Shown here piece after piece: positions 51,067 through 64,000 of a stretch of DNA of 64,000 nt. Numbering within the stretch: position 1 is the stretch's first letter; each line of letters opens with the position of its first letter. This DNA comes from Tubiluchus corallicola (Eukaryota > Animalia > Priapulida). A program made the position numbers and the translations under genes. The notes under the pieces are model-generated. The model was not told the DNA's origin and made no database searches. It saw only the letters and a program-made list of their open reading frames with translations. The DNA is taken from positions 722,510 through 786,509 of the forward strand of contig JAQGDQ010000056.1 of NCBI GenBank assembly GCA_030141605.1, in the 5' to 3' direction.

Positions 51067-52930
51067 TTAGAGCACTGCATGAATCAAGGCTCTTAGACCA
51101 GCTGCCACTTCTTCCCCGGTTGGCAAAATCTGCTTTGCTGATAGTCTAAATCCTCCTGCTGAACTAGAACCTGGTCGAAGTTCCCACGTGTAAGCGTATT
51201 CGACGCTTTGTGCTAATATGGCGTAGTCATCGGAACATCCAGAAGCAGGGTCTGTAGAAAGTATAGCAACAACAATTTAACGCAATATTTGCTGTAACGG
51301 TGTGTGCCATTTGCCTAATGTAGTCCGCTTCTGTGGCGTACTAGTAGGCTCAGCCTTTCACTAATAGCTGAAGAGATTTCATTTTTAGCTTGAATTAACA
51401 ACGAGTGGTACAAATAAAAAATCCGAAACAGTAACAGTACACAAAAAAATTGCTTGTCCCAGCAGCAGTGAGTGGAGCTGTACGTAAAATCACGATAATT
51501 GCCAATAAATTAATTTAGGCTGGAGTTTCTCGTAAATAATAAGCGAAAAAAGACTTATATTGATAGCGATAATTATGACCAAAGAATAGTATAGTGGTTA
51601 TTCAAACTTACACAAATTAGAACTCTTGTAGGCATCATAATATTTTCCATGTACCGCTTTTATGGCTTCACTCACGACGTTACCTTTCTGCAACTGCATA
51701 AGACAGAATAAATTTTCTGAAATTTCGACAAACAAAAGGACAAAAGTCGCTGTGCTCGCGACAAGACGTTTGTGATGCAGCAATAGTATGCTTGTTTGAA
51801 AATGATGAACAAGCATGGTAGAGTAAACACTAAATAATGAAAAAAAGAAGAAATAGTTCGTGGGATTTACCAAATCATTGTAGTTGCTTGGTTTTGCTGC
51901 ATTGCTGTAGCCAAAAGGCACAAGGATGTCTTGACCGTACGAATGCAGTGACAAGAATATTGTAACTATTTTTCCGTCCTCTTTCAAAGCTTTGATGTAG
52001 GCATCGATGTTTCTTGTTTCCGGTTCACTGAGCGGACCACTTCCGGGATAAACTTCTGAGCAAGGGTTAAAACTAACTCCAGTGGCTGTAAAAAGCGTAA
52101 CAAACGACATTATTAAAAACGGGCGCTTTTCTGTATTTGTACGCCTTGTTCTGAAGTTCCGCATGTCACCGAAAAATGGTTCGAGTGTTTTCATGAAAGA
52201 GAAGGAGAAAGAGGGAGGGAGGGGGAGACAGAGCAATGTCAAAAATTACTTCTGGGTGATGTTATTAATTTTAATGGATGTATATACATGTATATAAACA
52301 ACGACAACTTATTTCCAACTTTTTTTGAAAATCCAGTCAAGATAAATGTAAAAAATACAATACCAGACATAATGAATATATACCAAGACGTTGTAGAACA
52401 AATATGGCGAAACATTTCATTAGCTATATGGGACCAGTCCTATGGAACAGATTAAGCCGCAATTCAAAATGTAGTCACTCCCTTTTAACTTTTAAAAAAA
52501 CCGCCAGAAAAGAAATATTTCAAAACTATTAAGAGTAACACAATTTGATAATGGCAATAACCTGCATTCTTTTTCCACAGTAATCTTAATATAACGTGAC
52601 TATGCTCAACAGGTTACTGAACACTTTATAATCATGATCACAGTTTTTCTTAGTTCTCGCTCCATTTCATTTTTCATTCACTACTCCCCCTCCACTTTTA
52701 TGTATATATTATCATTATGTCATTATTTAAATTATTAATCATTTTTTCAAGATTTCCACGTTCTAGGCTCAAACTGTATGCATCAAAATTATTCTGTAAT
52801 GTGATTTGCACATGTATATGCTGCATTTTGTGATTTCTGGATAATACTGTATTTATATTTATGTTTACTTCAGTGAAATTATATGTATTTTTATTATAAT
52901 TGTTAGATGCAGAGTGGAAATAAATAAGAG

Positions 52931-52992
<62 letters not shown>

Positions 52993-55900
52993 TCACTTTG
53001 TTATAGATCGTTTGTTTACTGATATTAAATTATAATATAGCTATTAAAACAACTTTATTACTTTATCTTATGTTTTGAGTTTCACACACAGGTTTCTGAG
53101 CGGCAGACATGGACTAATCTGCTCATATTTGCGCACTTTACATAAAAATACAGGGTATTTTTTACGTCACATATTAAATTTATTTAGTTTGTTAATCCGC
53201 CACTTTCTTTTTGTGGTAAAGTCATATTAAATAGTTGAGAATGTATTTTACTCTATATTTGAGGTTTTTTACTGTGTTCTTGTACTACATAGGAAGCACA
53301 AAGGTGGTGGTGTTACAAGCATTTTAGGTGCCTTTTTAGCAAAGGAAGTGTTTTTGCTATAGGCCTTTTTTGCTATTTGGACTTTTGCTCAACAAAGCTT
53401 TTTTAACGGAATGCCTGTCAGTTATTTGATATTTTTTGCTAATTACTTCCTGGTTGATCTTTAGTACAAAACAAGGTGCAATGCATTTTTGTGTACCTAT
53501 TGTGGTGTATATAATAATTTGACTGAAATAGCTAGGCAAAACAAACGAAACAACGTAGATCTTACTAACTTCCCCAAAAGCTATCAAAATTCCGGTTTAG
53601 ATCGACTCCAGGACATCTGTTTCTAGGTCTGCGGTTCTTTCTCCAAAATCTATCCTGTAAATGTACAAAAGGTTATATTTTGTTCTGTAGGTAATTCATT
53701 TTCTGTTCCTCTTGCAACTGCTGTGTTATAGTAAACTTAAAAATGAGGGACTCACTCACTCACTCACTCACTCACTCTATCCCCCTCTCTCCCTCTCTCT
53801 CATTAGCTGACTGACTAAGCCGCCTATTTACACTTCCTTATGATAAAATGAATCAAACTTACTCTATTCCTGCTGAACTCGTAGCCATCAGGATTGGTTA
53901 GTGGTAAAATATGGAAAGTTGCCTTTTCTCTCAAATCAACTCCATCGGGTGAAGATAACTAAACGAAAAGTGTATGTACACCATAATGGTATTCAGGATT
54001 TGCATTAAACAACACGGTAAATATTTTAAGCAGAAAGTGCTTTTCTATACACTTGCCATAATCACTCAAGAAAATAAATAGTTCCTTTAATAATTACCTG
54101 GACATCAAAGTGATTCATTATTCGAAGCTTTCACATTAGATTAGGACTTACTAGCTGCAACATCAGGAGTGCCAGCGGGGCCGGATATAGGCTAATATAG
54201 GCTGCAGCTTCTTGCAGTTAATAGCAGTAACTACTGCTGCAAAACAAGTTCACTCAAGCACCTGGCGGATAAGTGTTTATACTGCACGGTACCCGGAGGA
54301 CGCCATTTTTCGTTCAAATAAGTGCGCCCAAACATGAAGTAACTGCGTCTTTAATTTTATTTTATGAATTACACAAGGCGCTTAATACAGTCTTACTGCT
54401 CAAGCTTTTTAACATTTTTAAAAAATTTAAAAACATTTAAGAAATCTGTTTTCACTACGGTTGTGTTGAAAAATGTGCTAATTTGGTTTGCAATAAATAG
54501 TAAAATAGTGGTATTTCTCAAAGTACTTTTTATTGACAAACAAAAGATAGCTTTTCTAGTTTATTTAAAGAATTTGCAATAGTTTACTTCAAGCTATGTA
54601 AATGTTGCTAAAATATATCACCAGTAAAAATATTGAAAAGAAGTGCGTGCGAGTTAGAGGTTGGCCTCATCTGAGGGAACTCATAATTTTGGAAAAGCGC
54701 ACTTTATTTTACGGTGACGACAAACCTAACCATTACATTGTCGAGAAAGAGATGATTGTGGCATCAGTTTTCTACATGAACATAATTATGGACAATTATT
54801 GTGTGCATGGCACATGTGTTAACACGTGCCCTTAGAGTTTGAGTAGCCTGGAAAATGCAATTCATTCAGCAACGATTCATAATGATAATTTCATGAAAAA
54901 ATGTAGTTTAGCCCGTATGTTTTCAATAGTTATTTTTAGAAATATACGATGAAAATATAAAAAAAATGTAAGTATGTTTATTTTTAGAAATGCATTTTCT
55001 TTTCCTGTTCAACTAGGGCAAGAAGGGCGACTGCCCCCACTGTCCCGTCTTTCTAGCACCCCCCGTGTAACATATGTACTAGCAGTTATGCACCTTATTA
55101 TTATATGACCACTATATACGTATGTTTTACATATTATATTTTATGTATATTCCGGTGCCGAAATAACAATTGAAATGCTACAAAAGGTCACACAATACGT
55201 CTCAAGAGTAACACTTGTGAGAAAAATAATACAAAATGAAATTTTAGGTAAAGGCGCAAAATGTACATGCAAAAAAAGAAATTTGAACCATAAGGTCTCA
55301 ATTGGTTTCGCTTTTGTATGCTCTTCCCGTATTGGCTGCTCTTAATAGTCTTATGGCCTAAATACACAGTCGAATTAGGATAAGTGAATTCTTTTGCGCT
55401 AAAGCACTTTTATTTGTGTTAATCGAGCACACCCATATTTGTACAACTTGAAATTTTTTCTTACATAATCAATAAGAAATACGCAAACGGCTGGAGAGAT
55501 CCATTCCCGAGCATGCGCACCGCATTCAATAAATACGTCATTTTCTTCCAAAGAAAAATCCATTGCTTGTTTTATCTGAAAACCAATTCGAAATGTATTA
55601 CAATTTTTAATTTTTTTGAAACGAAAACGAAAGCCTGTTTATCTAAAACAAAGCCAATATTAGTTAAATCACAGCTTTTTCATGTGCTGGTTTACAGAGA
55701 GAAAACCTAGTATGCTTCGTACTTACTTTGCTTTGCGCGGCAACAATACGAAAATGTCTGGCCGCAAAACATTTATGAAAACTGTAATTAAACTATACTA
55801 AATAGACAATATTGCATCTTTAGCGAATACATAAATTACCTTAACAACGTACATATCCCTTCCTTCGTGAGTTTTATTGTCTAGTGTTACTAGAGCTACA

Positions 55901-58900
55901 TGATCGTGTGCGTCAGCAACTGAATAAATGTGGTTAACTATCTAAAATAAAGATAATATGTAAAAAAACAACGTAATTGTGACCGACAAATGGGTAAAAA
56001 TTAATGGGATCATTTAATTTGAATGAATAGGTCAACATTTATTTTAAAAAATGAAGCACGTCAGTTTATTTTTGTCCTCATCGTCGTTGTCATCGCACCC
56101 AGATATACAGTTATCGCTATAATAATTAGTATATATTAGGGTTTCTAAACAGCAAAACTGCACGAAGTATTTTGTCGACAAAAAAAGGGCCTCAGTCTTA
56201 CGAATTTTGGCAACAAGACTGGCAGCAGTTTTAAAAATGGGTTAATAAGGATTTATCTGCAACTATGCATAGTGTGAGTGTTCTATTTAGTCGTGAATAA
56301 TAATGAAAATTGCAGTAGCTTCATAATGCATTTTGTGATCAATCTAGGATTGTTTTACACGAGTTTCTGTGTGCTAATGAATTGCAATTTCAACCAAGGC
56401 TACACAAATAAAGGTTTAAGATTATATATAATTATTAAGGCTCTTCATATTTTACCTCATTGTACCCGTTATAATTTGTAGGCGAATACGCTCGTGCCGT
56501 ACTTTTCATATATCTGGCTTCTGCGTCTATCGAACTAAAACAAACCGAAGCTGCATGTATTGTCAGCGTAAAGAAATTTTAACCAGAACTCGACAAAAAT
56601 GTTGTGTATAGACATAATTATGTAAATCACTTATATATCTGTGAATTATAGTTTAAATTAACTAGAAGTAGAATTTTAATAAACATTTGTGATCGAGTTG
56701 GTTTGATAATTTGTTCTTTTTTAATGCTTGATGTAAGGCTCTGTGAGTTTTGATTGATATTATCACTAAATTCTTCAATCGATAATTCCAAAAGCTCAAA
56801 GTAGCTCAACTGAGAATTTGGAATTAAAACGACTAGTTACTAATGCACTATGATGCCACGAAGATTTTTTACAATTCGCAGCATCTGGTTGCTTGTTAGT
56901 CAATTGCCCAGTTTTGCAATATTTTGGGTGTGCAGCTAGCCCATACGATGTTCCAAAATGCACGTACTGAAATGATGTTATCAAAAAAAATAAGAGCCAT
57001 AATTTAGAAAGAATGGTGCCCGTCACTGACATGATGACGAGTTTGTCTGACAAACGTGAATTTTTGTAAAAGCCTATAATTACCTCTGAATGTTTTCATC
57101 CATTATGTCGCAATCCAAGTGGTACGTTTCGGCCTGCTTTAGAAACCAGTCAAGCTCATTCGGGGACACAAGAAACTCTGTTACTGTCAGCATTTTAATC
57201 TAAAGTAAAACATAATTATTAAAATGGGAAACTTTGACAAAGATAAAATGAGCTACCTTGCCCACTTTCTAAATTATTTCATTAGTGTGAATGTAAAGAT
57301 ACTTTTGTCACTGGCTATACTGTGGAAGTTGAAGTGTTTGGAAATTGAAGTATCGCTTTTTATTGTCTTGAAAAATGCTATTTTAAAAGTGAGGAGATGA
57401 TACTTTGTGGATGTACACACACAAGAGCAGTAAACTGGGTGAGCATTGAAATAGCTCTTTTTTCGGGTCACATTTTCAACTCCCAAAAGATTTTCGTCAG
57501 AAGTCATTAAAATCATGCTTGTGGCGAGGGAATTTCGGGAAAACCAATGCTTAAAACATACATGTATGTATGTATTAAAATGACTATAGCTTTGCTATTA
57601 TGACATACGTGTCTGGTATTAATGATGGTACAAAACCACAATTAATGAATTATTTAGACATAAAACTTGAAAGCATGGAAATGTGAAAAGTTGGAATACA
57701 GCCCAGGAGTGAATCAAGGACCTTCACTTGTCCTTCAGTTTGCAAGGCGTATTCAGCTGGCCACCGGCCCACCATGTTGCCCTGTGATCATGGAAATCCA
57801 ACGTTCATTCCTTTTGACTTTAAGACTATAAATAATTGAGTTCTCTGAGTTTGTTTGCACGTTTTGCGTTTCACATCTTTTGTTTCCTATCAAAACAAAT
57901 CTATTTGCAAATGCGTTACCGGTTCAGTAGAACTTGAAATCTCGTACAATGTTATAAAATTAACTGTTATGGGTTAACATCGAGTTTACTGGATTACAAA
58001 TTTCTAATGTGTACATAGTATCAAAAATGTTTACAGTCTGATGATGCATGAGATGCTTGGTGTCGAGTTAAGGCATATGAAAAGAGCCGCCAAACGTCTA
58101 CTTCTAGATTTATGTAAACGTACTTTTCAAGCATTACAAGAGCAAACAATTATTTTAGGAGTGACTAATTTAATGATGTGTCTGAGCATTCAACATGATT
58201 CAGTTATTCAAGATTTGGGGTATATCAACATTTTAATATATATGTTAATGCAAGATGGCATCTATACGTTGTTTAGGCAAGAAATTTTACTAAAGCAAAA
58301 AGCCCATATACTCACGTCTCTTGTTGCTTCTTCGTTTACTAAGTTATTTAACGCAGCAATGTTTTCTTTACTTCCAAAAACGCCTATTTGTTTGTACCTT
58401 TAGAAATAAATACTGATTGTGAAAGTTGAGTTGATATAATAGGTCGATAAAAATCCCGTTAATTATAATTTTCACTTTATTCTTGGAAGTGATTAAGAGG
58501 ATTAAGTGTAGTAGATGTTTGACAACAATTATTACAGTAATATAAGCTTAGATAAACAAATTTTACTTATTAGTGGCACTAAGATTAAATGAAAATGGGA
58601 GTTATGAGACTTAAAGCACAAGCAAAAACTGTTCATAAATAAAGCTTAAAAGTCACAAGGAGCAATCCATAATCCATAATCTGTAAGCTATAAGGCGTAC
58701 TCTATCTTCCACAAGGCGCATGTCATAATCCGAGGTATGCGTCTTGTTCTGTGTAACTAGCAAGGCATTTTATCATAATCCATTTTTTGGTGGGACGCAC
58801 GAATTAGTTTTCTGCGTTAATGGAAAAGTCGAAACTGCGTCAACCTCTGGATCCAGTTGCAGCATAGTTCGCAAAGCAGCGTGTTAAGAATAAAAGCCCA

Positions 58901-60528
58901 AACGAACAATATGGTCAGACCCATCTACAGCAATGTATAGGTGAAGGAGAATTCGTAGCATTATTTCATAAAATCAAGAGTGATAACCAAAAATTTTTCA
59001 ACTACACTACACTAGAATGTACTAGAATGTCCGTCAAATAATTTTATTTTAATAACAGATTGTCATTCGCATATATTGTATAATATGATTGACTGGTATG
59101 CTGCCTCCTGCATATGTAATGTGTATACATACGGTATACACATGTTTCTTATGTGGATTGTAGTAACAAGGCAATCGTAAATAAATGTTGTGAGTTAAAA
59201 ATGATTTTCAGTGTTTATAGTACATTGTGATAATTAGGGTATAGCGTAGTGAATTATTATGAAATAAATGAATTGTACATGATAAAAACCACAAATACGC
59301 TAATTATCTCGTTAAGGACGAGCAAAAACGCCTTATGGCAAATGAAATTAATGGCCAAATATTAACCGTTAATAATAATAAACGAAATTAAGGTGCCTTA
59401 TTAACCGTTAAAACGGGTTGTGAGGAGCCTGCTACAGATTATGGCTGACGAAGGCAAATGAACTATTTGTGTGACTAGGACCATTGGCTAACGTGCCTTC
59501 ATTTTTCATGAGGCGACTTTCTCTCATACTGTCTCATAAACATTAAAATTAATAGCAATATTTAAACGCAACATTTCACTATTAACGTAATTAGATACGT
59601 GCATTGCTGAAAGGTATTACGGCAAAACGCGTCACTATTTACACTGTTTACACTATTTACACAATTTACAGTGTAAGGAGCATACCGCAGATTATAATAT
59701 GCCTTACGGAAGACACCGTACGGCTTACGGATTATGGATTATCGCTTGTTCTCTACGCCTTTTCCTGTGTGACATGGGCCTTAATTACTTACCATCTTAT
59801 TTTCCATTTCGTATTGGCTACTATAGCCGTAATGGCAAAAAGATCAGATGTACAGTTTGAGGTACATTTATTTAAAATTATTGAAGTTTCGTGTCATACC
59901 CACGGAAGTTCTTCTGGTGGTATAATAAGTTATGTACGTGTTATAACTTATCAATCTGTGTAGATGTGTTATTGTAATTACAGTTGATCAATAGGTTGAC
60001 AATACAGAGTACAACAAAAATAGCAGATTTTTTTCAACGACCTAAAGGCCTGAAATGACATTCTTTTATTGGCGCCATCAGAAAAACACTTCTACACGGA
60101 CTGATAAGTGATAAGTGACATGTATATAACTTATTACACAGCCTTAAGTACTTTCGTAGGTATGACACAAAACGTCAATAATTTTAAATAAATGTACGTC
60201 AAACTGCATATCTGAACTTTTTGCCGTTACGACCAATTACGAATAGTAGCCAATACGGAAATGCCTATCAATACGAAATGATATAAAACAGCAGGTAATT
60301 AAGGCCCGTGTCACACAGAGAAAGGCGAAAAGAACAAGCCATAATCCATAACGTATAAGACATACTGTGTGTTCCATAACGCGTCTATTATAATCCTTGC
60401 ACGGTGTGAATAGTAACGCATATCCCGAAAATAAGTGATAAAGGCACTTACCCGTCGTAACGAATCTGCTTTCCAGCTGCAGTAAAAGCATATGCAGCAA
60501 AAAGTATTAAAAACGAATTCATCTCCAT
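51067..60528 (-). CDS. CPB-like: Secreted zinc metallocarboxypeptidase, M14A (procarboxypeptidase B-like), 11 exons, 409 aa
   Basis: Exons (minus) 60528-60452, 58397-58316, 57199-57084, 56534-56456, 55941-55840, 55575-55465, 53958-53863, 53654-53570, 52085-51871, 51693-51612, 51251-51067 (1230 nt, phases consistent). Signal peptide MEMNSFLILFAAYAFTAAG, RYDGYK prodomain start, GAHAREW, NPDGY, WRKNR, GVDLNRNF, SEPET, LHSYGQ, YPASGCSDDY, TWELRP. Confidence 0.93.
52928..52990. repeat. (GA)n microsatellite
   Basis: Direct reading of the sequence. Confidence 0.95.
53750..53800. repeat. (CACT)n plus (CT)-rich simple repeat
   Basis: Direct reading of the sequence. Confidence 0.85.
54177..54690. mobile_element. 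Third, partial copy of the hAT-type MITE family
   Basis: 54600-54690 (aatgttgctaaaatatatcaccagtaaaaatatt..catctgaggga) matches 3591-3678; a TIR-like ggggccggatat is at 54177. Confidence 0.6.
57617..57860. mobile_element. Second, partial copy of the head-to-head tRNA-like element
   Basis: tattaatgatggtacaaaaccacaattaat..ggaaatgtgaaaagttggaatacag..gatcatg matches 7663-7812 and the reverse complement of 7880-7950. Confidence 0.65.
58646..59783 (+). mobile_element. Second-family PIF/Harbinger derivative in carboxypeptidase intron 1
   Basis: The right end ctgtgtgacatgggcc-tta has (GATTATG/CTTACG) subterminal repeats, mirrored by a degenerate left end (cataatccataatc). Internal frameshifted (W)VRPIYSN..EGEFVALFHKIKSDNQKFFNYT-RMS resembles the Harbinger transposase N-terminus. 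Confidence 0.7.
59629..60420. repeat. Long inverted duplication (arms ~59629-59972 and ~60083-60420)
   Basis: The arms align as reverse complements across both the transposon end and ~190 bp of flanking DNA (e.g. tacatttatttaaaattattga / tcaataattttaaataaatgta). Confidence 0.85.
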
Positions 60529-60610
60529 ATTGTGTAGTCTTCAGCTGTGATAAACAATTGGGCTTAGTGTTCTAGGTAGTCAGCAGAATATATTTTTGCA
60601 TAAGAACTTT

Positions 60611-60620
60611 CTTTATATAG
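60611..60620 (-). promoter_or_regulatory. TATA box candidate for the carboxypeptidase gene
   Basis: Minus-strand CTATATAAAG ~85 nt upstream of ATG 60528. Confidence 0.55.
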
Positions 60621-62490
60621 AACAAATCATTGCACATCTATTGTACGCAGTATATTTAAGACACGTGATTATTGATTTTTCAAAGTTCAATTGGTGTTTA
60701 AATAATATAAAACTTATGTTTTGGGAAAAGTTGTTGTGTGCGACTTTGGTGGGTTGGTGAGTGAGTTGAGCCGGTAGTTTACTTAATGAAAACTCCCGCA
60801 ATAAGGAAAAAGAAACAAATTTCGATAAACTGTAATATAAGTATAAAAACTATAAATATAAATTCTTATTTTAACCGTCATTTCTGTCCAATTGGTACTA
60901 CGTAAGCAGGGCTCCAGCATGCATGTGGTTGTAGCGAGATCTCATTATCAAGGATAGTCATCTAAGGTGAGAAACTGAAGCGGTATCTTAATAATATTCG
61001 GATGTATCTGTAAGATTTTGGATATGATATGTCTGCTGCATTTGCTTATTTACATTGATTTTTGTATCACTAGATGGCTGTTACTTTCTTATCCTGAATT
61101 TTTATTTAAGCTAACTGAAAGTAGATCCATGTTCTATTTAGTTTTTGGAGGTAGCTCAAAACCTTTGTACCAACTAACTCCCTGTTAGTGATTCAATTAC
61201 CAAAAGATCATCATGGATGAATGTTCAATACATTGACACCAAGTTGTGTGTATTCTCGAATAAACTTCACTTTCTTTTGCATGGAGATGTAATTTTAGTT
61301 ATGCCATACACCTTGACAGCGCATGTATAATGAGTAGAAGCCAGAACAGGTGACCTTGAAAAGTTAGTTCAGGTAGAGAGATGCTTACGTTTGGATGTTA
61401 AAAGCAGCCGTGTTAATAAAAAGCAGTGAATGTTGATGACAACATAAAAGTGTTTTTGGAGCCGACAATGGTTAGCTTGGTGTAGCTGTAGCTGGTGATG
61501 TTGGTAGACTAGACCCACTGTCAAAATCAATTATCTATATACGTCAATCTGAGGTGCAAATCCGTATTTTGGTATGAAAGAGACTCTCATTTGCCAAGAC
61601 GTATCATTCCTACATTTTCTAATCCGTGGATGAACATTTACTGTTTACCACACGCTGATCATTAACTTCTTGAAGTGAAGTATGGGACTTGCTAGTAAAA
61701 AGGCAAAGACCTGCTGGTGAACTACAGTCTTAGGCGCCTCCCACTTACTTGCCTTCTTACTTGCCATTATTACCTTGGGAGTGGCGCTTTACTTTGGGCA
61801 CACCCTGTATATTGCCCATAAATTATAGTGCTAATCAGAAAACCGTTTTTGTCAGTGTATTAAGATCGTTACTTTCCTACTATTGTCATTGTCATTCACT
61901 GTCATTTACATCTTTTGAACTTTGTGATGTGAACGCAGCTTTAATTTCAATAAACCAACAAAAGTGTTGAATTCTTTATAGTAATCGGGTACTGTTTTGC
62001 GTTAATTTCTATTTGGTGATTGAACATTGCCTATAAACAATTAATTAGGTAACGATCTACGTAGAGTTTAAACAAATTACATATTTTGTTTGAAGTCCTT
62101 AGACCAAAATTTCGTCATGTTACAGCATCTGCATTAGATTCTGCATCGTCCGTATTGTAATATTATTGTAAAGGTGGAGTTGGAGATTGACTTCGGATGG
62201 CTTCAAATGACCATAGCAGCTTGGCAGATGGGAAAGACGCTATAATGACGACATTTTATCAGTGGAACATCAAGCCGTCGCGCAAATACTGTTCTGGCTA
62301 TATCCCAAAACGTCAATTGATTTTTCTAAATAATATAAATTTTGCCAAAGCTTATTATTATTATTATTGTAAACCACACCACACCCAACACACCCCAACA
62401 CAAACCACAACAAATTATTATATTACATACTGATTATTAATAAACATTCAGTGGTATTAACCTCTGTTTACAGTGTTTTCTGTGACTACA

Positions 62491-62491
<1 letters not shown>

Positions 62492-62580
<89 letters not shown>
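62492..62580. repeat. (ATT)n microsatellite
   Basis: Direct reading of the sequence. Confidence 0.97.
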
Positions 62581-62582
<2 letters not shown>

Positions 62583-63195
62583 AAAACTAGATATCGATGT
62601 GCTTTCTAACCCTAATCAGCCCTAGTCAGCAGAAGTGTGAATCATGAAAAGAATGAATAAAACAATTTACTCTTTATGGTAAATTGGGTGCATAGTAGGT
62701 TTTGTTACTTATTATAATTTTAATGTGAAGATTATTATTAAGAATGTTACAAACTGACAATTAATTAAATTTTGGTGTCAAACTTGAAAGACATTTTTTC
62801 ACATTTTCGATCTTTCACGTTTGGCATTAAAATTTAATTAATTGTGGTTTCGTAATGTCATAGTAGTTTTGTTTTTTGCATCCAGTCTATTAGTGTGGGT
62901 GCATAGGTCAAGAGATGGGAAGGGGAGAGAGACGATTAGAGAGAAGATAACTTCTTGGAGCGAGTTTTCACAAAGATTCTTATGCTTTGTTCACGCAATT
63001 CTATTTCTCCACATATGCAGGGGCTCTCAAACAAAATGCCTAAAATAAGTATAACTTGACTTTTACTTCAACCACACGTTTAATACCTAACATTTCATAA
63101 CGAATAAACAAAAACCGTAACGTATTTCCAAGTTACCAATTACCATGTTTAGTTGAATAACCAATAATTATTATAACCTCTTGTCACGTTAATTT

Positions 63196-63380
63196 TCAAA
63201 ATACTTCATCAACCAAAGCTTCCAACCCAGCTGCCACTTCTCTACCAGTTGGTTGAATATACTTTGTACTTAATGTGAACCCTCCTTCATAATACGAAGA
63301 TGGGCGCAGTTCCCACGTGTAAGCGTATTCAATGTTTCGGGTTAATTTGGCATAGTCATCTGATCCTCCAGCTGCAGGGT
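63196..63380 (-). CDS. CPB-like: Last coding exon of a second M14A carboxypeptidase B-like paralog (remainder presumably beyond the window end)
   Basis: tacag|(Y)PAAGGSDDYAKLTRNIEYAYTWELRPSSYYEGGFTLSTKYIQPTGREVAAGLEALVDEVF*. Same 185-nt length and phase as the last exon of the complete gene. Confidence 0.9.
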
Positions 63381-64000
63381 CTGTAATACAACGACAACTT
63401 TTTGAATATGGAATTAATATTTCTACATTTTACAACCTGATGAAACAATCGTGGATAATAAAGGTCGGACACATACACAAGCTGAAGCTGTACAGCTATT
63501 TGGAGGAGCAATATGCAAAGAGAAAGAAAAGCAGAAGTTAAACTTAAGAAAAATATACTACTATAATGATATGTGATCTACAAAGCACTAGGTTTGCTTA
63601 ACCAGGTAATTCTATCAACGAGAACCTGAATCATTAAGAATTCTGTCAGTGAGAACGTTCCAGTTCACAAAGTTTAATTAATGATTAATACTAATTAATA
63701 AAAGCACTAAGTAACAAATGGGTACTTGAGTCAATTGAGCCAATGAGTCACTTGGTATATTTGACTTTGAATTTGACATTGAAGGCTGATATGTACCAGA
63801 TGTTTTGTTAAGAAATCCTTGTTGATTGAAATTTCTAAGTTTATTTATATATAGTTTTTGATAATTGAGATAATTTACCTCTGCTATAAACAGATTAGAC
63901 ATTGTCGCATGAACGTATTAGCCAAAGGAACCTTTTAGAGAGATTTACGTCATTAATACTATGAAGACATTACTATTAGAGTTGACCGTGTCACAGTATT

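Noticed and set aside
57257-57268. 12-nt micro-exon (KVGK) in the carboxypeptidase prodomain
   Set aside because: It has AG/GT borders and is in-frame, but the polypyrimidine tract is weak, the downstream intron is only 57 nt, and the gene is complete without it. RNA-seq would be needed.
61310-61450. Alternative signal-peptide exon (HLFWLLLIIHALS) for the carboxypeptidase
   Set aside because: No in-frame ATG. The 60528-60452 exon supplies ATG, signal peptide, correct phase and a nearby TATA.

Overview
AT-rich, intron-containing animal (invertebrate-like) genomic DNA with one assembly gap (32547-33010). Manual splicing (GT-AG, phases checked) gives two complete tandem SLC23/NAT-family (nucleobase-ascorbate transporter) genes on + (13 coding exons, 11446-30752, 648 aa; 12 coding exons, 37024-49310, 617 aa). 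A decayed third SLC23 copy (3' exons only) lies between them at ~35160-35720. On - there is a complete 11-exon M14A zinc carboxypeptidase of B-type specificity (60528-51067, 409 aa) and the last exon of a second carboxypeptidase paralog (63380-63196). Introns and intergenic DNA carry many mobile-element relics: a Penelope-like element with inverted pseudo-LTRs and hammerhead-ribozyme cores, Rex1/Babar- and RTE-type LINE fragments, PIF/Harbinger derivatives, hAT- and TA-type MITEs, tRNA-derived SINEs and microsatellites. The most notable points are the rewired NAT signature motif in both transporters (S-N-E / S-N-A instead of S-[Q/E/P]-N), the Penelope hammerhead pair, a head-to-head tRNA-like palindromic repeat family, and a ~340-bp inverted duplication next to carboxypeptidase exon 1. 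No CRISPR, rRNA or convincing functional tRNA genes were seen.
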